Shown piece by piece: positions 25,376 through 32,000 of a DNA stretch of 32,000 nucleotides. Under the pieces are notes generated by a model that saw only the letters and a program-made list of their open reading frames with translations, was not told where the DNA came from and did no database searches. Origin of the DNA: an uncultured archaeon (GTDB taxonomy: Archaea > Asgardarchaeota > Thorarchaeia > Thorarchaeales > Thorarchaeaceae); contig CAYHAA010000002.1 of NCBI GenBank assembly GCA_964354495.1, forward strand, positions 207,154 through 239,153, read 5' to 3'. Both the position numbers and the translations under genes were made by a program. The first letter of the stretch is position 1. Each line of letters begins with the position of its first letter.

Positions 25376-25395
25376 TCATCTGTAGGAGCCAGATC

Positions 25396-25767
25396 TTACC
25401 CAGTCAGCACGCTCTCATGAACAAGACGTTCAATATCATCTGGACTAGGGAGTCCAATCACTCGTGAACGTCCAACTTGAATCATGGGGAGTGCGATAAT
25501 ATTCATCTTCTCTATTAACCCTGGTTGGTTATCTACAGGTCTTTCCCTGACTTCCACACGATTCGCGAGATAGGCAAGTCGGCATGCAGCTGACTTTGCT
25601 GCTTCAAGAGCTTCGCCACAGAATGTACAATACTCGCTCGTGAACACGTCGATTCTTAGGGGGGCAGGTCCATTCAGGGGCACTGTCTGTTCTTGTCGAA
25701 CCTCAGGATTGAGGTTAATCCTCTGTTGCATTATTGTGCCTCCATTGGAGAAGTGATGAGATCTCAT
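25396..25767 (-). CDS. Small thioredoxin/glutaredoxin-like protein
   Basis: IDVFTSEYCTFC (CxxC), cis-Pro motif ALPMIQV and RVIGLP. The start is 25767 (ATGA overlap with the upstream stop) or 25731. Confidence 0.82.
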   Translation of the reverse strand: MRSHHFSNGGTIMQQRINLNPEVRQEQTVPLNGPAPLRIDVFTSEYCTFCGEALEAAKSAACRLAYLANRVEVRERPVDNQPGLIEKMNIIALPMIQVGRSRVIGLPSPDDIERLVHESVLTG

Positions 25768-26000
25768 TCTGCGAAAACGGGCGGCTTCAACCGGACGTGC
25801 TCGGATACCGAGTCAACAGCCCGCAATGGTATGGCTTCCCAGGATTGCCTCTTTTCCTCCAAGGATCCACTCTTTTCGATTATTACCATCGGCCCGCTGC
25901 TCTCGTCGAACCATATCTTTCTTACACGTCCTAGTGGAAAGCCTCTGAAGTCACAGACAATCTTTCCTTTGAGCAACCATTTGATCTCGTCGTTCTCCAT
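25764..26000 (-). CDS. Small PRC-barrel domain protein
   Basis: LLKGKIVCDFRGFPLGRVRKIWFD...IPLRAVDSVSEHVRL matches the PRC-barrel pattern (GK-V-(D)-x-G-x-x-LG-x-V-x-x-I-x-x-D ... IP-x-x-x-V-x-x-V-x-x-x-V). I prefer ATG 26000 to the track's 26060. Confidence 0.75.
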   Translation of the reverse strand: MENDEIKWLLKGKIVCDFRGFPLGRVRKIWFDESSGPMVIIEKSGSLEEKRQSWEAIPLRAVDSVSEHVRLKPPVFAE

Positions 26001-26146
26001 AGTCCTCAGCGATTGTTCCAAGTACAAGATGAACAAGAGCCTGTGTACAACCAACGTCATTCCAGCGTAACACTAAGTCTGGATTAAAATGATTGAATCT
26101 CAAGACGCGACTTGCAGGCGATCTGTCCAACCAATGCCTGCATTCT

Positions 26147-26761
26147 CTATTGCTGCTTTTCCCCAGTTTCCTTTTCTTCATATCCCCATGAGATGATAGT
26201 GTCACTATCAGAGGGGAAGAGAGTACCGGGGAGACAGTAACCACCTATGATCATAATGATTCCAAATATGTTCAGCGCGCCGCCTATGACAATGAACAGA
26301 CGTGAATCGCTTATTTGATTCAGACCAAGATCGAAGAGTGTTGCACCTAAAACGCGATCCACGGTCAGCGTATAGTTGCCGGTGGCAATATCAATTACCA
26401 GACTGTCCTCATAGAAGATGGATTGCTCAGGCCCAACGATCTGATTCTCTTCAGTGAGAGTCATATTGACAAACGTCACATCGAGCGTCACATTATTGAC
26501 GATTGATATGTCCAAGTAGATGATTGTCTGATTGCCTGGACGCAAAGAAACAGAGACCTCAAGTTGGGGGTAGTAGTTTGCCGCGTCATACACCTCGAAA
26601 GTTCTCTGGTCGTTTTGCATTATTGAGAAATTCACATAGTGATAGGGGGCCATCACTACTATCATGCCGCCAAGGAGTATGACCATGGCTCCACCAATGT
26701 AGAGAAAAGACTTCTTGCTGAACCAGATACTACCCATCAATAATCGACCCTTATGAATCAC
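26147..26761 (-). CDS. Hypothetical two-TM membrane protein with an extracellular beta-rich domain
   Basis: Hydrophobic segments near both termini flank a V/I/T/N-rich domain with five N-x-S/T sequons. Confidence 0.7.
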   Translation of the reverse strand: MIHKGRLLMGSIWFSKKSFLYIGGAMVILLGGMIVVMAPYHYVNFSIMQNDQRTFEVYDAANYYPQLEVSVSLRPGNQTIIYLDISIVNNVTLDVTFVNMTLTEENQIVGPEQSIFYEDSLVIDIATGNYTLTVDRVLGATLFDLGLNQISDSRLFIVIGGALNIFGIIMIIGGYCLPGTLFPSDSDTIISWGYEEKETGEKQQ

Positions 26762-26868
26762 TATACTTCACTGTTATATCTATAGCGAACAATGTAATGT
26801 CTAGTGCCATTGATGGAACTATCTCCAGAACAGCCAAATAATCAAAGTGCATAAAGACGGGGACAGCT

Positions 26869-27735
26869 ATGAGATTCCTGAGTCTAGCGACAACATTGGA
26901 CGCAGTAAGCAAGACTACAAAGAGGAAAGAGAAAACCAGTCTGGTCGCCAGACTATTGAAAGAAACAGAGCTATATGAAGTAAGCCCAGCAGCGCTCTTC
27001 CTGGCCGGAAGAATCCTTCCTGAGAGTGATCAGCGTACTCTGAATGTGTCATGGAGCGGTCTAATCGGAGCTCTTCACAGTGTCATTGATTTCAGGGATG
27101 AAGATTTCAGCAAGTTCTATGAAGGCGATGCAGGAGAAGCAATTGCGGCACTGATGGAGTCAAAAGCTCATACTAAACAATCTGTGCTTTTCCAAGAGCC
27201 ACTCACTATACAATCGGTTAGTGATAGATTCACAAAGATTGCACTCGCTGGGGGAAAGGGCGCGATGAAGGAGAGGCAGTCGTTGATATCTCCACTTCTT
27301 GGAGAAGCGACACCAAGGGAGATTCGCTATATCGTTGCGCTCATTCTCAATGATATGAGAACGGGTCTCTCCCATGGCTTGCTTGTCGAGTGTATTGCAG
27401 AGGCATTCTCCGTTGACGTAGAATTAGTCAGAAGAGCATGGTATTTCACTGGCGATTTGGGTGAAGTTGCACGTCTGGCTGCAGAACATGGAAACCGGGG
27501 TCTCAAACAAGTCAATATCAAGCCCATGATTGCTGTCAAACCAATGCTCGCGAGCCCAGTCAGTGACTTGAAATCGGCTCTAGAAATTGGCGAAGGAAGC
27601 GAACTGTCTTTCGAGATGAAATTCGATGGTGCCCGCGTGCAGATTCATAAGGAGGGAGAGAATACAAGAATCTTTTCAAGAGGACTGAATGACGTCACTG
27701 AAAGCCTTCCTGATATTGTGCAGGAGGTGAGTAAG
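26869..27735 (+). pseudogene. lig: ATP-dependent DNA ligase, N-terminal 289 codons (DNA-binding domain and adenylation motif I), interrupted by an inversion
   Basis: Ligase DBD (RKEK, MRTGLS), KPMLAS, motif I FEMKFDGARVQIHK and IFSR. Ligase-like sequence stops at ...DIVQEVSK (27735); the ORF then runs into a non-native tail to a stop at 27762. Confidence 0.93.
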
Positions 27736-28553
27736 GGTCAGCTAAATCATCGTGCCTTGTAACGAAATTGGACATCGAAAGCGGCTCGCAGTTCCTTTAG
27801 GGTAGTCGCATTTTCTGGTTTCTTGTCGTCTCGAATTCCTGTTATTCGGGCGAATCTCAAAGCCAGTCCAGATTCATATTTCGGGCTCTCCTGAATTTCA
27901 GCTGCCAGAACTTCAACTACAATCTCAGGTCTTACCCTAACGAGACCTCGGCTTCTTGAAAGCTGGATACGTTGGAGTCTGTCAGTCATCGCTTGAAACT
28001 CAATATCTGTCAATCCCTTGAACGTCTTGCCCACCATTGCGTACTCGTTCGCTTCTTCATCGAGGACTGCGAGATGATAATCTGAAAGCCACTTATTCCT
28101 TCGGCCATGCCCCCACTCAGCTGCAATGATCACCAAGTCCATTGTATTAAGTGTGTGTTTAATCTTTAGCCAGTGTTTTCCACGTACACCGGGAACGTAG
28201 GGAGAGGAAACCATTTTGGCAACAAGCCCCTCATGCCCAATCTCTTTGCTTCGGAGAAAGAAGTCTTCTGCGACGCGAAGTTCACTCGTCACAACCCTCT
28301 CTGCGATCATCGAATCCGGCAGAATTCCTTCGAGTCGTTCTCTCCTTTGAGAGTACGGTTCTTCGATAAGCATCTGCCCATTCAGTTGAAGGATGTCAAA
28401 GATATAGAGAAGCAGCTTGACTTCCTGATTTGTCGTTTCAACATCTCTGGTTCTTCCGAATCTTTTCATGACCACTTGGAATGGATAGGGTTTGCCCATC
28501 GGGTCTACAGCAACAACCTCGCCGTCCAAGATGAACTGACTAGCTCTGACGCT
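27736..28553. other. 818-bp inverted segment carrying the 3' half of lig
   Basis: TAAG (27732-27735) and CTTA (28554-28557) form a 4-bp inverted microhomology. Reversing the segment gives ...QEVSK|SVRASQFILDGEVVAVD in frame. Confidence 0.9.
27747..28553 (-). pseudogene. lig: ATP-dependent DNA ligase, C-terminal 268 codons (motifs III-VI and OB domain) on the opposite strand
   Basis: ILDGEVVA (III), LYIFDIL (IIIa), HEGLVAK (IV), WLKIK (V), DLVIIAAEWGHGRR, VGKTFKGLTD, RPEIVVEV and ALRFARITGIRDDK (VI). Confidence 0.93.
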
Positions 28554-28708
28554 CTTAGGTCTTGTATTCGTTTTCTGTCATCATGGGCGCTCCTGCCTAG
28601 TTTCTATCATTCTATGAACCAATCTCTTGAACGCTCCATTGAGGAGCATCGCAGACCACAGCCTTTATAGGGAATACAGTCCGGGAAAAATCTGAAGGAG
28701 CCTCTACT

Positions 28709-29089
28709 ATGTGGTTAGAGATTACCATCATACCGTTTATCCTCTTATTCATAGTGTTCTTGATATTCTGGATAGTTCACGAGGGGTCGCGGTGGCAGAA
28801 ACATCGCTATTTGGGTGTATTCGCCAGGATTACTCAAGCTTCGCCGCGCAGGGGTTTTCTGATCTTCTTCTTCCTCACGATAATGTTCATTCCACTCGCA
28901 GTTCTAGTCATGACAGGGCTGTGGATGGACACAATGCCCTCTCCTCAAAAAGGGGATGTTGTCAATGTAATGCTCGTTACACTCGTAGTATTGTCATTCG
29001 CCTTTCCAGTTATGTGGGGTAGTTTCCGTACGTGGCGTCAGACTGTGAGAGCAGAGGCGGAAATGAAAATCAGACCAACTGGAGCATAG
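28709..29089 (+). CDS. Small hypothetical membrane protein (3 TM)
   Basis: 126 aa with three strongly hydrophobic segments separated by short basic loops. Confidence 0.7.
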   Translation: MWLEITIIPFILLFIVFLIFWIVHEGSRWQKHRYLGVFARITQASPRRGFLIFFFLTIMFIPLAVLVMTGLWMDTMPSPQKGDVVNVMLVTLVVLSFAFPVMWGSFRTWRQTVRAEAEMKIRPTGA

Positions 29090-29166
29090 TCTTCGTAGAG
29101 ATATGGCAGTCCGTTCATATCCATGGACACACCAACCATTTCTACTCTCATGATTAGAGGTGTCGA

Positions 29167-30081
29167 TTGATGACTCATGTGGAGTTGGCTGAGGGGCTTT
29201 ATGTTGTTACTGGCGGATACTTTCCAAGATGCAACACAATAGTGATCATTGATGAGGAGGTTGTCGTCATCGACCCAGGCTGCGGAATTGAGGACCTTCG
29301 AGCCTTCCTGATGACACAGGATCTCACGCTTAGGAACATCGGAACTGTCATCCTTAGTCATATACATCCTGACCACATCACACATGCAGCGCGGCTCAAT
29401 AGACTGTCCCGTTGTAGGATTGCAGCTAATGCAATCACAGCACCTCTCTTCAATGACAAGGAGAAGATGAGAGATTTTCTCGGTTTTCACAAAAGCAATC
29501 CTGTCAGAACGCTGTGGGAGGAAATGGTGAACTCAAAGATGTATGGTGCACTGGACGAAGGACATGTCGATGAAGAGCTTAGGGACGGCGACAAATTCGC
29601 GCTTGGCAAGTACACGCTTCGAATGCTCTATACTCCGGGACATCTTCCTGACCATATGTGCATTGAGATAGTGGAGCCGAACCTTGTCTTTGGAGCTGAC
29701 ATAGACCTTACGGAGTTCGGCCCTTACTACGGACATCCTAATTCCTCCGTCCCGGAATTCAAAGACTCCATTATGAGGCTACAGCACAATGACTACGATG
29801 GCCTCATCAGTGGGCATCTTGTTAACCCTCTTGTCAGAGACTACAAGACTGCACTGGCATCATACCAACGACAGATCGGGATGCGTGAGGACCTTGTGCT
29901 TGCTGCGATTATGAATGGAGCAGGTTCTGTTCAAGAAATCACGCTCAATCCTATCATCTATCCCTCCCTCACTGGTCCAGTGTTTCTCCAGTTTGAGACT
30001 TGGATGATAGAGCATCACGTAAAATCGCTTCTAGATCGAGGCTTGATTGAGGAAAAGAAGAAGCGATTCATTGCCCTATGA
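29167..30081 (+). CDS. Metallo-beta-lactamase-fold hydrolase with a C-terminal winged-helix-like extension
   Basis: VVVIDPG, LSHIHPDH (HxHxDH), TPGHLPDH, GAD, ISGH, and C-terminal HVKSLLDRGLIEE. Confidence 0.9.
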   Translation: MMTHVELAEGLYVVTGGYFPRCNTIVIIDEEVVVIDPGCGIEDLRAFLMTQDLTLRNIGTVILSHIHPDHITHAARLNRLSRCRIAANAITAPLFNDKEKMRDFLGFHKSNPVRTLWEEMVNSKMYGALDEGHVDEELRDGDKFALGKYTLRMLYTPGHLPDHMCIEIVEPNLVFGADIDLTEFGPYYGHPNSSVPEFKDSIMRLQHNDYDGLISGHLVNPLVRDYKTALASYQRQIGMREDLVLAAIMNGAGSVQEITLNPIIYPSLTGPVFLQFETWMIEHHVKSLLDRGLIEEKKKRFIAL

Positions 30082-30906
30082 TTCTTCGCTCAGAAACGCG
30101 TTCGAAGAGAGATTCTTTAGCCTCATCATCAACTCAGACTTTATGGCCCTGATTGCTTGTATGGCGGGACTGCTTTCATTGAGGTCAATGGGCGCAATCC
30201 CGCGTCGATCTGCTTCACGCACGGTTTCGTCAAAGGGAACCATTCCAATCAATGGGATGTTCTGGGATTTCAGGGCCATGGAGATGAAGCTGGCATCATC
30301 CTCCCCAGTGACCTTATTCCCTACTGCAAACACGCGTGCGAGCCCAATATCTGCTGCAAGACCTCGTATTCGTTCAATCGTATCGAGCGACCTCTTTCCT
30401 GGCTCAACGACTGCAAGAAGAGCGTCCATACCGCGTGTCGTCCCTCGACCTAGGTTCTCAATCCCTGCATCCATGTCCATGATGAAAGCCTCGTTGCTCT
30501 CAAGGCTGAGATAGTTGATGAGTGCCTTGAGAAGAGCTGCTGAAGGACACATGCAGCCTTGTCCGCCCATATTGACCGTACCAGCCACAAGAAGGCTGAC
30601 ATTGTCAGGACCTGCAATAGCGAAGTTCTCTGTCAAATCGTTGACAGTAGGGTGAATTTGGAAGAAATTCCCGAGAGCCTCGACCCATTTCATTTCAGTC
30701 TTCTGGCGAACAAGCTCCTCATTCTCAAGGAGAGGTCGTATTTTTCGAGCTATCGTATCATCCATGCCGATTGCAGACCAAAGGTTGTAGTTTGGATCAG
30801 CATCTACTGCAAGGATTCTCAGACCATCACGTCCTAGGAGTCTTGCAAGTGTGCCAGCAATGGTGGTTTTTCCGACGCCACCTTTGCCTGTGACTGCAAC
30901 TTTCAT
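30076..30906 (-). CDS. cooC: CooC-type nickel-insertion ATPase (CODH/ACS maturation factor family)
   Basis: KVAVTGKGGVGKTT deviant Walker A, AVDADP, GCMCP (CxC metal site), DMDAGIENLGRG, VVEP and VGNKV. Confidence 0.9.
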   Translation of the reverse strand: MKVAVTGKGGVGKTTIAGTLARLLGRDGLRILAVDADPNYNLWSAIGMDDTIARKIRPLLENEELVRQKTEMKWVEALGNFFQIHPTVNDLTENFAIAGPDNVSLLVAGTVNMGGQGCMCPSAALLKALINYLSLESNEAFIMDMDAGIENLGRGTTRGMDALLAVVEPGKRSLDTIERIRGLAADIGLARVFAVGNKVTGEDDASFISMALKSQNIPLIGMVPFDETVREADRRGIAPIDLNESSPAIQAIRAIKSELMMRLKNLSSNAFLSEES

Positions 30907-31059
30907 CGGGTGTTGGAGCGCGTAAGAATGTAATGAGTCTGTCGCTGTCTTCTTGTAGCATCCTCGCAGTCAAGCGGAGAGATGCCTGAAGAACAGCAAT
31001 GGGAACGGCCGATGAGATTAGTTAATAGTATCTATGTCTGCTGGAAAAATGAGAAGGTC

Positions 31060-32000
31060 ATGAGAGACGAAAAGGGACTCGGAAATGCCAATCATTTGAC
31101 TGGAGAGAAGAGCCCATACCTCTTGCAGCACGCCAAGAACCCGGTCCATTGGTATCCTTGGAATGACGAAGCCTTTGAGAAAGCGAAGAAAGAAGACAAA
31201 CCAGTCTTCCTCTCAATAGGATACAGCACCTGTCATTGGTGCCATGTCATGGCGCATGAATCCTTTGAGGATGAAGAGGTTGCGAAACTTTTGAACAACG
31301 CCTTTGTCAACATCAAGGTGGACCGCGAAGAGCGACCGGATATAGATGGCGTCTATATGCAATTGGCACAGATGTTGACCAATCGTGGAGGATGGCCTCT
31401 GACAATCATCATGACACCGGACAAGAAACCCTTCTTTGCAGGAACCTACATTCCAAAAACAACCGATCACAACTCTATTGGATTGCTGGACCTCATTCCG
31501 AGAATTGCAGAATTGTGGAGTGAAGACAGAACCAACATTGATGAAGTGGTTCAGAGAATAGAAAACGCACTAGAAGAAATGTCCTCTCAGGAGTTGAGTT
31601 CTGAACTCTCAGAGATTGATATTACAGCAGCTTTCGGCGAGTTGTCCCAACGATTCGACGAGAAACACGGAGGCTTTGGCAGTGCTCCGAAATTCCCCTC
31701 ACCTCACAATCTCGTGCTAATACTGCGGTACTGGAAAAGAACAGGTGATGCATGGGCACTTCGTATGGTCGAGAAGACACTCACAGAGATGAGGAAAGGA
31801 GGCATCTTTGACCAGTTGGGCTATGGGTTTCACAGATACTCAACTGATTCGCATTGGTTACTTCCTCATTTTGAGAAGATGCTATATGATCAGGCAAGTC
31901 TAATGCTTGCGTATACAGAAGCATATCAAGTATCCAAGAATCCCTTCTTCGCGCAAGTAGTCAGAGAGATTTACGAGTACGTGACACGTGATTTGATGAG
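31060..32000 (+). CDS. Thioredoxin domain-containing protein (YyaL/DUF255/SPATA20 family), 3'-truncated by the window edge; absent from the ORF track
   Basis: My translation from ATG 31060: [24 protein letters not shown]...[21 protein letters not shown]...[12 protein letters not shown]...GGWPL...[10 protein letters not shown]...[17 protein letters not shown]...[11 protein letters not shown]. The frame stays open to the window end. Confidence 0.95.
   Translation, partial: MRDEKGLGNANHLTGEKSPYLLQHAKNPVHWYPWNDEAFEKAKKEDKPVFLSIGYSTCHWCHVMAHESFEDEEVAKLLNNAFVNIKVDREERPDIDGVYMQLAQMLTNRGGWPLTIIMTPDKKPFFAGTYIPKTTDHNSIGLLDLIPRIAELWSEDRTNIDEVVQRIENALEEMSSQELSSELSEIDITAAFGELSQRFDEKHGGFGSAPKFPSPHNLVLILRYWKRTGDAWALRMVEKTLTEMRKGGIFDQLGYGFHRYSTDSHWLLPHFEKMLYDQASLMLAYTEAYQVSKNPFFAQVVREIYEYVTRDLM

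Noticed and set aside
27736-28557. Programmed, recombinase-driven phase-variable inverton in lig
   Set aside because: Only 4 bp of inverted identity at the ends, no invertase or integrase in the window, and switching off an essential ligase is implausible. Kept only as an unexplained inversion.
28173-28670. 165-aa + strand ORF crossing the right inversion junction
   Set aside because: It is the antisense shadow of the ligase C-terminal half, has no protein-like motif, and exists only in the inverted arrangement.
516-31470. Numerous short ORFs in the track overlapping longer genes on the opposite strand or in another frame (e.g. 1018-1443, 6785-7315, 7525-8052, 22307-22756, 29038-29490, 31213-31470)
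   Set aside because: They are shadows of well-supported CDSs, have S/R/P-rich non-protein-like composition and show no motifs.
1-32000. CRISPR arrays, rRNA, IS elements, and selenocysteine/pyrrolysine read-through
   Set aside because: No regularly spaced direct repeats, rRNA-like tracts or transposase ORFs were seen. No gene appeared to continue in frame past a TGA or TAG; the only broken gene is lig, which the inversion explains.

Overview
A gene-dense archaeal chromosomal window, supported by TBP, an archaeal ATP-dependent DNA ligase, type 2 IPP isomerase, an ADP-forming acyl-CoA synthetase alpha subunit and frequent TTG/GTG starts. The repertoire and style suggest an Asgard (Thorarchaeia-like) genome, but that is inference only. 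Most of the window is housekeeping or metabolic: M50 protease, flavin oxidoreductase, radical SAM, lactate permease, SDR, TPR proteins, crotonase, carbamate kinase, RidA, HDAC-family deacetylase, MBL hydrolase, CooC and a YyaL-type thioredoxin protein. Two things stand out. (1) A tight three-gene operon (about 14142-19309) encodes a ~900-aa repetitive alpha-helical rod, a divergent tubulin/FtsZ/CetZ-superfamily GTPase with intact GTP-binding and T7 acidic residues, and a 354-aa helical protein of unknown function. This is a candidate undescribed cytoskeletal system. (2) The DNA ligase gene is split by a clean 818-bp inversion (27736-28553) bounded by a 4-bp inverted microhomology; flipping it back restores a seamless 557-aa ligase. 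I saw no rRNA, tRNA, CRISPR array, transposase or integrase.
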